Below, piece after piece: positions 37,619 to 47,400 of a stretch of DNA of 64,000 nt. The stretch comes from Nitrososphaerota archaeon. GTDB lineage: Archaea; Thermoproteota; Nitrososphaeria_A; Caldarchaeales; Calditenuaceae. The stretch is taken from positions 104,081 to 168,080 of the forward strand of contig JAWBQR010000001.1 in the NCBI GenBank assembly GCA_038845265.1, written 5' to 3'. The number at the start of each line of letters is the position of its first letter. Positions within the stretch are counted from its first letter, which is position 1. The translations under genes and the position numbers were made by a program. The notes beneath the pieces are model-generated. The model was given only the letters and a program-made list of their open reading frames with translations. It did not search any database and was not told the origin of the DNA.

Positions 37619-40600
37619 TTAGCTTCCGGTATTCAGGAATGTTATAATCTCGTCTATTAGCTGCGCTCTTGTTCCGGCGTCGCTTATAGCCTCGAATCCG
37701 AAGCTTAGATAGACTAGTCTATATGGTGTTGACGGCGCAGGCATGGCTGATGGGAATCTTATACCTCCAGCAATCGGATCTCCTCCTAAAGTGAATAAGT
37801 CACCTTCTTCATCTAGGTAATTGAATATCGCCGTTGAGCCTCCGATGGGTAGTATGCCATCTGCAAAATATTGATTATCTGCTCCATCACCATCCCATAT
37901 AACGAGCATCATCTCATTACCATCAGGCGGGCCTACAGGATCACTTACAGGATCATTTGGAACACCGGCCAAAGCTAAAACACCATAATAATCATCATCA
38001 TCTTGTTCCGAGGTTATGTCATCAAATAGGTAGTCTGCTTTGAGGAAGTTGTTGTACCAGAGGATTGCATCAAATGATGGAGCCCAATATGAGTACATCA
38101 CAAATTCATTTAGATACCAACCTATTTCTTGCCCAGTTATGAAGAGTTTCTTCCCAGCTCCTAGATAGCTTGACAAGGTTGATCTCTCATATCTCGTCAA
38201 TGTGGTAGATGCGTCATCTCCAGTAAACCATATTGTGATCGCGTATGGTGCTAGGTCTCCTGGGCTCGGTGGACCTGCTTCGAAGACGTCCCAATAAGCA
38301 AAGCTATATCCAGCATCCGTTAAAGCCGCAGTAAACCACTCTGAGTAATCAGGCCATCCTAGCGCCCCACTACCATCATCGTCAACTAAAATTATTGTTG
38401 CGCCACTCGCGGGTTTGAAACCAAATATTGGTACTCTCTTATTCACCGTTGATGGCGAGCCTGTGCCGCTCTGCTTGTATACGTGCCACCAGAAATCTGC
38501 TGTACCTGTAGCAGTTGCAGAGCTGATGGTGCTAGTTACAGATGATCCCTTAAAGATTCTTGTAACTGCTCCTGAGCCGACGAGCTTCCCCCAATGTGCA
38601 GATGGAGGCATCTGTACTCCGAAATTGTATGTTTTTCCAGATAATGGTCTATAGACGAGCGTATCGACGGGTCTCTCAACATCATACAAAGAGTCAACAA
38701 CGATTTTTGCGTATGGAGGATTGTCTAAGTCTCCAAGATTAAGGAATGGGTGTATCCTTACATCATCGGGCAATACATGAAGGTTAATATCCATGTCTCT
38801 ACCAGCCACGTCCTCGACTCTCGGGAAGTCCGGATGCTCTAAAGCACAGATTTCACCAAAATAGTTGCACCACTGGGAACTTACCGCCCATTCGATCCAT
38901 CCTGGATTGTACTGGTTCCACGTCGTTACTACTGTGAGATATGTTGTCGGCTTAACCTTAGCCATGTAGAAGTCTACGTCCTCTGTTATCTGTCCAGCAG
39001 TGACTGTCACAGTTCTGGTCTGCGTGACGTATCCTTTCTTGGTTACTGTCAGGGTATATGTTCCGGGTGCCAATCCCGTGATTGTGTAGAAGCCACCATT
39101 ATTGCTGAACGCGTATTTTATAGTCGTGGCCTTAACCTTGGCCCCTCCGAGAGTATCGTAGAACCAGTCTGAGTTCTCCGCATCTATTATCTGGCCCTGA
39201 ATACCAGTAAGGGTTATTCCGAGAGCCCTAGCTATATCCACTCTGGGCACAGGTTTCGGGAAGCCCTTCTCAGGTCCTAGTAACCTTCCAGTAAATACTA
39301 GTTGATCCATAACTTGAAGGTTATTCCATGTCGGGTTTTTACCCCAAACCCTCGCAGCCGCTGCAGCAACAATCGGAGCTGAGAAAGATGTCCCGCCATA
39401 CCATACATAGTAAGCATTATAGATACCTAGAGTTAGTATCCTGAATCCTGGCGCGGCGATGTCTACATAATTCAGCGTGTTGGTTCCATAGTTGCTGAAA
39501 TATGTTCTCGCATCAGTCTCATCCGTTGCCGCTACTGTAAAGCTGCTCGGTATAGCCGCAGGAACTGGAACAAGATCATAGTAGGGCGTAAAGGGATCAT
39601 CATAATAATACGTTATTAGGTTATCTTCATTGCCGGCCGCGGAGACAACAATCTTACCTTGATCAACACACAAATCGATGATGTCCTCGAACATCAAATA
39701 CTCATCTGATTCGTAATCTACGTATCCCCCTAGGCTCAAGTTTATTATCTTAACAGAATCTACACTGCAGGCCTCTATCAACCCACTCATTACATCATCG
39801 AATGTTCCCTCACCATTTTCATCTAGTACTCTGATTGCGTATATCATGCTCCTTGGAGATATTCCAGCTATACCCTTAGCATTATTCACCTTGGCGGCGA
39901 TTATTCCCGCCACAGCTGTACCATGACCATACTCATCATATGGATCATAATCGCCATCAACATAATCATATCCCAGTATCACTTTTCCAATGAGTTCTTC
40001 ATGGTCGTATTGGACTCCGGTATCTATCACGGCTACTGTTGGCGCCGTTGAAGCTATAGGTGCAAGGTCTTCCTTGGTCTTGAAGAGATACCATTGATAA
40101 GACCTGAATGGGTCTGCTGTTGGAGCTTTAGGCGATACCTCAGGTTTACCCCTAAACGCTTCATGCCTTATTGGTGGAGCCTTAACCTTAAAGTTCCTCG
40201 CAACATACAATACATTTTGATTCTTCTTTAGCTCTACCTCAGCTTGTTTAGCCTTTTCTTCATCCTCAAACTTCAACAACTTGACAATCTTCTCCTCACC
40301 TTTACGGCCTAAGATTGCGACATCTTTTACGGAGAGAGGCTTAACCTTTCTTACGATCTCATCAGCCTTCTCCCTTGTCAATGTAGGCTTAAAAACAATT
40401 ATTCTCTCCCCCTTAACATAATTAGCTCCAGTCTTTATCTCCTCAATAGTTTTAAGAATCGGCTCAGCCCTTTCCTTAATCTTCTCCTCTATTGACGGAG
40501 AAATCCTGGGTAGACGCTTAGCGAAATCCTTAGACTCATCTATCACGAGCGAGCTAGTCGGCGTAACAAAGGTCAGCAAAGTCGACGTGAATAACAAAAC

Positions 40601-40645
40601 GATTAGAAGAAAAGAGCCGACACCCATAACATATACTTTTTTCAT
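37619..40645 (-). CDS. Secreted subtilisin-family (S8) serine protease with C-terminal accessory domains
   Basis: Signal peptide, propeptide, triad VIDTG / HGTAVAG / GTSFSAP, AAGN, carboxypeptidase-regulatory-like domain, acidic ILVDDDG domain. Confidence 0.93.
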   Translation of the reverse strand: MKKVYVMGVGSFLLIVLLFTSTLLTFVTPTSSLVIDESKDFAKRLPRISPSIEEKIKERAEPILKTIEEIKTGANYVKGERIIVFKPTLTREKADEIVRKVKPLSVKDVAILGRKGEEKIVKLLKFEDEEKAKQAEVELKKNQNVLYVARNFKVKAPPIRHEAFRGKPEVSPKAPTADPFRSYQWYLFKTKEDLAPIASTAPTVAVIDTGVQYDHEELIGKVILGYDYVDGDYDPYDEYGHGTAVAGIIAAKVNNAKGIAGISPRSMIYAIRVLDENGEGTFDDVMSGLIEACSVDSVKIINLSLGGYVDYESDEYLMFEDIIDLCVDQGKIVVSAAGNEDNLITYYYDDPFTPYYDLVPVPAAIPSSFTVAATDETDARTYFSNYGTNTLNYVDIAAPGFRILTLGIYNAYYVWYGGTSFSAPIVAAAAARVWGKNPTWNNLQVMDQLVFTGRLLGPEKGFPKPVPRVDIARALGITLTGIQGQIIDAENSDWFYDTLGGAKVKATTIKYAFSNNGGFYTITGLAPGTYTLTVTKKGYVTQTRTVTVTAGQITEDVDFYMAKVKPTTYLTVVTTWNQYNPGWIEWAVSSQWCNYFGEICALEHPDFPRVEDVAGRDMDINLHVLPDDVRIHPFLNLGDLDNPPYAKIVVDSLYDVERPVDTLVYRPLSGKTYNFGVQMPPSAHWGKLVGSGAVTRIFKGSSVTSTISSATATGTADFWWHVYKQSGTGSPSTVNKRVPIFGFKPASGATIILVDDDGSGALGWPDYSEWFTAALTDAGYSFAYWDVFEAGPPSPGDLAPYAITIWFTGDDASTTLTRYERSTLSSYLGAGKKLFITGQEIGWYLNEFVMYSYWAPSFDAILWYNNFLKADYLFDDITSEQDDDDYYGVLALAGVPNDPVSDPVGPPDGNEMMLVIWDGDGADNQYFADGILPIGGSTAIFNYLDEEGDLFTLGGDPIAGGIRFPSAMPAPSTPYRLVYLSFGFEAISDAGTRAQLIDEIITFLNTGS

Positions 40646-40852
40646 CACGTTTTTAGTATAAAAAGCCCTTAAAATATTTTTCTCATAATGCATTCTTTTA
40701 ATCTCAGGCTTATCTGCAAGTCTCCATTATCTCATTTTTTATATTCGCATTCTAAAAAAATAATTCCTTTTGAGCGATTCAAAACATTCCTTTCCTTAAT
40801 CGAGAGGGCGAGGGCTAAATATGCTTATCTGTTAGAAGGAGTATGATTATGT

Positions 40853-41011
40853 GTGGTAAAGGAAGTTTTAAAGAATAATGAGACGCTCTATGTCTGTGAG
40901 GCATGTAGACATGTTTACAGGGAGAGAGTATGGGCCGAGAAGTGTGAAGACTTCTGCTTCAAATATCATGCATGTTCACTAAGTATAACGAGTCATGCCG
41001 TTCTTATTTAG
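40853..41011 (+). CDS. Small Cys/His-rich putative metal-binding protein (52 aa)
   Basis: Not in ORF track. MVKEVLKNNETLYVCEACRHVYRERVWAEKCEDFCFKYHACSLSITSHAVLI, with AGGAG upstream. Confidence 0.75.
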   Translation: MVKEVLKNNETLYVCEACRHVYRERVWAEKCEDFCFKYHACSLSITSHAVLI

Positions 41012-41108
41012 CCTCTCTACAGTGTTTGTCTACTCAATCATAAGTGGGTCCTCTACAAATAAATAGGATATATGGGTCCCGTCTGACTCAACGTTTAGGT
41101 GAATAATC

Positions 41109-41966
41109 TTGATTGGACAATACGTAGTAGCATTCAGGGAAACACTAGAGGCTGCAATAATAATCGCGATAATTCTCTCCTATTTAGCAAGAAGCGGACG
41201 ACGTAATTTTTCGCGATTTGTTTGGCTAGGCGTAGCCTCAGCAGTAACTGTAAGTCTGGGGACAGGAATGCTGGTATGGTATGCTTACGGCGCTCTTCCA
41301 GAAACTATTAAGATGTTATTCGAGTCGTTGACTGCGTTTATCGCTGTTCTTGTCTTATCGACAGTGATTTATTGGATGACACTCAAAGGCGGAACTATAC
41401 ATATAGAGATGGAGAGACGCACAGAAGTCGCTGCCACGCGGGGTGCTAGCTTAGGATTACTTTCATTGAGTTTTGTTGTCGTCTTTCGGGAGGGCTTTGA
41501 GACTATTCTCTTTCTCACTCCTTTCTTTCTCGCTGATGCCTTGGGGAGTCTTGTTGGAACGTCTCTTGGAATATTTACTGCTATCATGTTGGCCTACGGC
41601 ATTTTTATCGTAGGCATGAAGATTAACCTGCAGAGATTCTTCTACTTCACTGGCGTACTTCTGATTCTGCTTGCAGGCGGTTTAGCGGGATATGGAACGC
41701 ATGAGCTTCTTGAATACTTTGAGGCAATTGGCTTAGATACTGGTTGGCTGGGAGAGTCCGCCTATACGCTGAATATACCAGTGGATAGTCCGTTTCATCA
41801 CAGGGGAGCGGTGGGCTCCATACTCGCAGTGATGTTCGGCTATACTATAAGCGCTGAGTGGGCAAGAGTAATAGTCCACTCAGCATATCTAATAACAGCG
41901 CTACCACTCTTATCGCATATTTATAGAAAAAAAATACGCATAGAATCTTCGAGTGAATATCTATAA
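41109..41966 (+). CDS. FTR1/EfeU-family iron permease
   Basis: Two RExxE motifs (RETLE, REGFE); GGTGA SD 6 nt before TTG. Confidence 0.92.
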   Translation: MIGQYVVAFRETLEAAIIIAIILSYLARSGRRNFSRFVWLGVASAVTVSLGTGMLVWYAYGALPETIKMLFESLTAFIAVLVLSTVIYWMTLKGGTIHIEMERRTEVAATRGASLGLLSLSFVVVFREGFETILFLTPFFLADALGSLVGTSLGIFTAIMLAYGIFIVGMKINLQRFFYFTGVLLILLAGGLAGYGTHELLEYFEAIGLDTGWLGESAYTLNIPVDSPFHHRGAVGSILAVMFGYTISAEWARVIVHSAYLITALPLLSHIYRKKIRIESSSEYL

Positions 41967-42725
41967 TATCGTGTTGCCGCCATCTATTACAATATTCTGT
42001 CCAGTAATGAAGCTTGATTTATCACTCGCTAAGAAGACGACTAGGTTTGCGACGTCCTCAGGAAGCCCCATTCTGCCAAGGGGTATGCTTCTTACTGTTT
42101 GCTCGTAGAATTCTTTTGCCAATCCTATAGCTTCTGTCCCGGGGGACTGAATTGGACCAGGCGAGATAGCATTGACGTTTATTCCATACGGGGCCACCTC
42201 TAGGGCCACCTCTAGGGCCAGTGCCCTCGTGAAGCCTACCACGCCTGCTTTACTTGCTGAGTAGTGAGCCAGATTAGAATAGCCAACCATGGAGCCGGCA
42301 ATTGAGGCAATATTGATTATTTTACCGCTTCTCTGCTCTATCATTTTTGGCAATACTGCCCTTGTCACGAGGAATGTTCCCTTCAAATTAATGTCCAAAA
42401 CCCTTTCCCAATCCTGTTCAGTCATCTGTAAGATGGGCTTGAATGGATAAATGCCGGCATTATTGACTAATATATTAATCCTCCCGAATTCACTTATGGC
42501 TTCCTTTACAGCTTTCTCCACCTCTTCTGCTCTAGAAACGTCGCATTTAACAGCCAACCCCTTAACCCCTAGCTTTTCTATCTCTTTCAACACATCAAAG
42601 ATCTTATCGCCAATATCGAATAAAACAACGCTTGCACCATGCTTAGCCAACGTGAGGGCTATTGCTTTTCCTATGCCTTGTCCGGCCCCCGTTACGAGGG
42701 CTATTTTATCCTTTAACTCATACAT
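41961..42725 (-). CDS. Short-chain dehydrogenase (FabG-like)
   Basis: TGAGQGIG, NNAG, YSASK. Confidence 0.93.
   Translation of the reverse strand: MYELKDKIALVTGAGQGIGKAIALTLAKHGASVVLFDIGDKIFDVLKEIEKLGVKGLAVKCDVSRAEEVEKAVKEAISEFGRINILVNNAGIYPFKPILQMTEQDWERVLDINLKGTFLVTRAVLPKMIEQRSGKIINIASIAGSMVGYSNLAHYSASKAGVVGFTRALALEVALEVAPYGINVNAISPGPIQSPGTEAIGLAKEFYEQTVRSIPLGRMGLPEDVANLVVFLASDKSSFITGQNIVIDGGNTIL
42191..42220. repeat. 12-bp in-frame tandem duplication in the SDR gene
   Basis: GGGCCACCTCTA x2 plus GGGCCA, encoding ALEVALEVA. Confidence 0.9.
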
Positions 42726-42947
42726 TCATTAATCACTTCAATAATGAATACAAAATCTCATATTTATATCTATATGTATACAAAACTATACACTTCCAGA
42801 CATTTATCATTAATTCCCTAAAAACCAACTACTTCCATAAACCTCAAGAACATGTACTTTATACCTACAATTCCGGCCATATCTAATTGGGAAACATCAC
42901 AAATCTTATACGCTGTATCAGGACATAGTGCTATAGGGACTTTGCTA

Positions 42948-43352
42948 ATGAGACACGTATTATTTGTCTGTGTAGAGAATAGTTTTAGAAGCCAAGTAGC
43001 AGAAGCATATTTTAACAGATATGCACCGGTGGGCTGGAAGGCAATTAGCGCAGGCACTAGGCCAGCTGAAAATGTCCATCCGATGGCGGTCGAATTAATG
43101 AAGGAGGATGGTCTAGACATAAGTAAGCAAAAAACAAAGCCTCTCAATAGAGAACTCCAGGACCTGGCCGAGATAGCAGTTATTGTTTGTAGCGGCTCAT
43201 CCTGCCCAGTTATCCATTCCAGAAAAGTATTGAAATGGGATATACCAGATCCATCATCTATGTCAATAGACGAAGCAAGAAAAATCAGAGACGAATTAAA
43301 AATAAGAGTATTACAGCTAATCAACCACCTAAACAAAAATCAAAGCCCTTAG
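42948..43352 (+). CDS. arsC: Arsenate reductase / low-MW phosphatase family
   Basis: P-loop CVENSFRSQ, SAGT, second Cys pair CSGSSCP, WDIPDP. Confidence 0.85.
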   Translation: MRHVLFVCVENSFRSQVAEAYFNRYAPVGWKAISAGTRPAENVHPMAVELMKEDGLDISKQKTKPLNRELQDLAEIAVIVCSGSSCPVIHSRKVLKWDIPDPSSMSIDEARKIRDELKIRVLQLINHLNKNQSP

Positions 43353-43751
43353 ATAAATTTACGTATTCTAACTAGTGCCAGAATCTTTAATCTAACTCAT
43401 GCATACGTGACCGAGTTATTGAAGTGTTATTATCTGAGTAAGAGCGTTTGTAGCTTGTGCAATTTATCCACATTACACAACGAAAATATCGCCTAATCCT
43501 TTAATATTCATGGAAATATTGATCAATTATATCGAAGGCGACAAAATAAACTGTCCAGCACATAACTACTCATAATTATTTAATTAATTATTTCACAAAT
43601 AATATATTCTAGAAAGACACATATTATAACAGAATTGAGCAAGGCAGTCAGACGGGTAAGATACATCAAGAATAGAATGAAACATAGCGACGTAGATAAA
43701 TTTGTTAAGCAATTTTCAATAAAATTCGCTATGCTTAACAGATTTAGGGAA

Positions 43752-44186
43752 TTATTGAATGACTATTTTCTCTATTGCATGATGTCTCTTGACGATCTGC
43801 TTGATTAGGTCTATGTTCTTTCCGCCCTTACCGATAGTCATCCCCTTATCACTTGGATCTACTTCGGCAATCGCAATCTTGATTCCCCCATCCTTCTCGA
43901 GTACCCTCACTTGTTTCACGTTCGCCGGCTTAAGAGCATTCGCAATAAACGCAGCAACATCATCAGAATATTCAATGATCTTGAGGCGCTTCTGGAAAAT
44001 ATTCGAGAGCTCCCTAACCTTTACCCCCCTCTTCCCAACAGCCTGCCCAAGATCACCTCGATCAACAACAAAAATCAACATATTCTCATCCTCAACACAG
44101 TCCCTAACCGTCGCGCCTGTGTATTCCTGGAAGAGAGAAATAAAACGAAGCTCTCTCTCAGTAAACTTTACTTTCTGGCTAGCCAC
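43752..44186 (-). CDS. nusA: Archaeal NusA
   Basis: Two KH motifs (VGKRG, IGKGGKNI); GTG 44186 overlaps the L30e stop. Confidence 0.93.
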   Translation of the reverse strand: MASQKVKFTERELRFISLFQEYTGATVRDCVEDENMLIFVVDRGDLGQAVGKRGVKVRELSNIFQKRLKIIEYSDDVAAFIANALKPANVKQVRVLEKDGGIKIAIAEVDPSDKGMTIGKGGKNIDLIKQIVKRHHAIEKIVIQ

Positions 44187-44487
44187 TCTCCTCTCCACCC
44201 TCAAGCAGCGAGGAACTACCCGGATCAATGATCGCCACGACAGAGGCACCGAAGGGCTTACCGAGAGCCAGCCCCATGTCCCTCGAGTCAAAATCAGCCT
44301 CAATCACCTTTACATCCCTCATCTTGGCAGCAACCATCATCTCAGACCTCATCTCAGCCGGACAGTTCCGAGAGAGGACAACAAATTTCGCCTTACCCGA
44401 GAGAACCGCGAGATAAGACTGTCTATAACCAAGAATGAACTTCCCAGTCCTTCTAATAATCGAGAGCTCCTTCTTCACATCCACCAC
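44179..44487 (-). CDS. rpl30e: 50S ribosomal protein L30e
   Basis: TGKFILG, LGKPF, DPGSS; conserved position after rpoA. Confidence 0.95.
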   Translation of the reverse strand: MVDVKKELSIIRRTGKFILGYRQSYLAVLSGKAKFVVLSRNCPAEMRSEMMVAAKMRDVKVIEADFDSRDMGLALGKPFGASVVAIIDPGSSSLLEGGEESG

Positions 44488-44493
44488 GTCAAA

Positions 44494-47400
44494 TCACCCC
44501 CCAGCAGAGCCACTTACATCTTCACGGTTCCTCCTACCAGGATAAAGCATGAGCAAATTAACCATACCAGTACCGACAGGAACCTCCTTACCAATCAAGA
44601 TCCTCTCAACGTTACCTCTAAGATTATCAACCTCTCCCCTAGCAGCAGCCTCAAGAAGCGTCTGGACGCTGATCTCAAAGGCAGCCCTCGCCAGCACGCT
44701 GCTCTTAAGCCTCACAACGCCGTGACGACCGACCTGCCTAACCTCGCCATTAATCGTCATCATATCAGCCAAGAGCAAGAGATGCCTAACATCGACATCG
44801 AGCCCCTGCTCCCTCAAGACCTGTCTAGCCTCCTCGACTATGAGTTGCCTGGCAGCCTCTATACCCAAGACGCTGGCAACCTCATGAATATCGTTTGTCC
44901 TAACCCTTCTAAAGTCAACTTCTGGAACATCCATCACTTCCCTCAGATTAGACCCCTCAGTATTGATCACGTACTCATCGCCCTCCTTCCTAACCAATGC
45001 TTTCTTGATCCTCTTAATACCCTTAACCCTCGTCGCGAGTATCCTCTCCCTAATCTGTCCCATCTGCAACTCAACCTCCTCAGGCATCGTCAATACAAGC
45101 TCGTCCTCACCACTGATCTTTGCCTTATACTGCTTAAACGTCCTGACCAAGTCGGCATTCGTCACGCCCAGCTCACGCATACTTTCCCTGTCAAGCTTTA
45201 CGATCAAAAGATTCCTCCTCAAGTCAATCCTGACCTCATCAGTAACATCGCTAAGAGAAGTAAACTGCAACTTCCGTGCAACCTGCCTAGCGAGCTTAGG
45301 ATCACTATTGTAGGGAGGCTTAAGATATATCTTCATGATAGGCGTAGAAGGCGTCCTCCTAGCATCTATAATCTCAATCAATCTCGGAAGCCCAAGAAGA
45401 ATACTCTGCTCCCTAACACCCGCGAAGTGGAAAGTCCTAAGCGTCAGCTGCGTGCCAGGCTCACCGATCGACTGAGCGGTAATCACGCCGACAGGATCTC
45501 CGACCTCTATAAGGCTCTGGAGATACGCCCTATGCGCCTCTCTAAATATTGCCGGGACAGCACTAGCCGGCGCCTTAAGCTTCAACGCAGCTGTGACCAG
45601 CTCATTCAGAAGCAGCGGTGGAATAATGCCCTCATACTTCTTTGCCTCAGCCTCAACTACTTCCTTGGGCGAGGGATCCCCACCCCCAGCATGAGCCTCC
45701 AGCACTCTCTCAACAATCAATCTCGGAATGAACGCCTTCCCATGATCACTCTTCGCAGGATCCACACCATCCTCCCCGTAGAGGAACTGAACAATCTTCT
45801 TACTATCAGACATCCTCACAGAACCATCGTACTCGACATAGAGAGACTCAAGGGCATTAATCAACCGACGCTGCATATAGCCACTCTGCTGCGTCCTCAC
45901 AGCCGTATCCACCAAACCATCCCTCCCTCCAGCCATGTGGAAGAAAAATTCAATAGGCGTAAGCCCCTTCACGAACGAATTAAAGACAAAACCCCTCGCA
46001 GGAGGCGAAAGATCTCCCCTCTCAAAAAATGTAAGTACACGGTCTAAGAAACCCCGAGAAGGCCGCTCCCTCCGCACCGCCTGCTGCCCAACAATAGCAA
46101 TCATCTGGTCAATATTCAGAGTACTCCCCCTAGCCCCAGTCTTCGCCATAATCACTAACGGACTCGAGGGCGGAACATACGTCCTAATCAGAGAACCAAC
46201 CTTATCCCTAACCCTAGACAACATCTCAAGTATCGAAGACTCGAATGCCTTCTCAGGCGTCTCACCAGGCTTAATCTCAAGCCTACCCCTCTCATAATCA
46301 GACTTTAATTTTTGATACTCCTGCTCCATCTCCCTAATGATGACCCCAGCCTGCTCATAGGCCGACTCAGGCACAATCAAATCCTCGATACTAAGCGTAA
46401 ATCCCCTAACGTTGATATAGGTATTTGCGAGCCTAACAAGCGAGTTAAGAAACTTAGCAGCGTTCTCAGAGCCATAATCTTTAGCAATTCTGTGAAGAAC
46501 ACTGTTAGGCTTTTCGATTCCGACCACAGACTTATCAACATAACCCTTAACGAGGACACCATCCCTAATCACTATTTCATCGTCAGGGTTGAAGGATGCC
46601 TGGACGCGGTGACTGAACCCTCGAGGTAGCAATAGACTAAAGATCTGTTTCCCACTCCACAACGGGACTGGCTCCGTCTTCTCTGGTGGAGGAAGTGGAC
46701 CATTATACCTCATAGATGCCAAGAGATAACCGACAGTCTGTTTGTCAAGATATGTGCCGTCCTTAGTCAAGAGGTACAGAGAGGTTAGAAAATCTCTTAT
46801 GGCTCCTATGATGGGAGCTCCGTATCTTGCTGAGATTATGTTTCTCTGAACTTGAAGGAGGAGACGGGCCTCTGCTTGTGCCTCCTCGCTCTGAGGGACG
46901 TGGAGGTTCATCTCGTCGCCATCGAAGTCGGCGTTATATGGTGTACATACAGCGAGGTTAAGCCTAAATGTCTTATAGGGCAGGACTCGTACCCTGTGAG
47001 CCATTATGGAGACTCTGTGAAGGCTTGGCTGTCTATTGAATAGGACAATGTCTCCGTCCATCAGGTGTCTCTCGACTATCCAGCCGTCTTCGATCGTTTC
47101 AGCGACTTCTTCAAGATTATGTACAAACTTGAGCCTTATCATCTTCTTATCTGGCTTAATGATGTACTTTGCGCCAGGATACTTGTCCGGTCCGTTCCTG
47201 ATTAATCTCTTTAACTTCTCTTTATTCCAAGCATTGACAACTTCTGGTACAGTCAGCTGCATCGCAATCTCGAGCGGCACACCGACCTCGTCTATATCTA
47301 TATTTGGGTCCGGCGAGATTACAGTCCGCGCGGAGAAATCAACTCTCTTCCCTGACAAGTTAAGCCTGAACCTTCCTTCCTTTCCCTTAAGTCTCTGAGC

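Noticed and set aside
43464-43472. Perfect bacterial DnaA box TTATCCACA
   Set aside because: Single copy in an archaeal genome; expected by chance in AT-rich DNA.
43789-46047. 752-aa antisense ORF over nusA, rpl30e and rpoA as a real gene
   Set aside because: No recognisable motifs; in register with rpoA codons and explained by local absence of TTA/CTA/TCA codons, which is reported as a finding.
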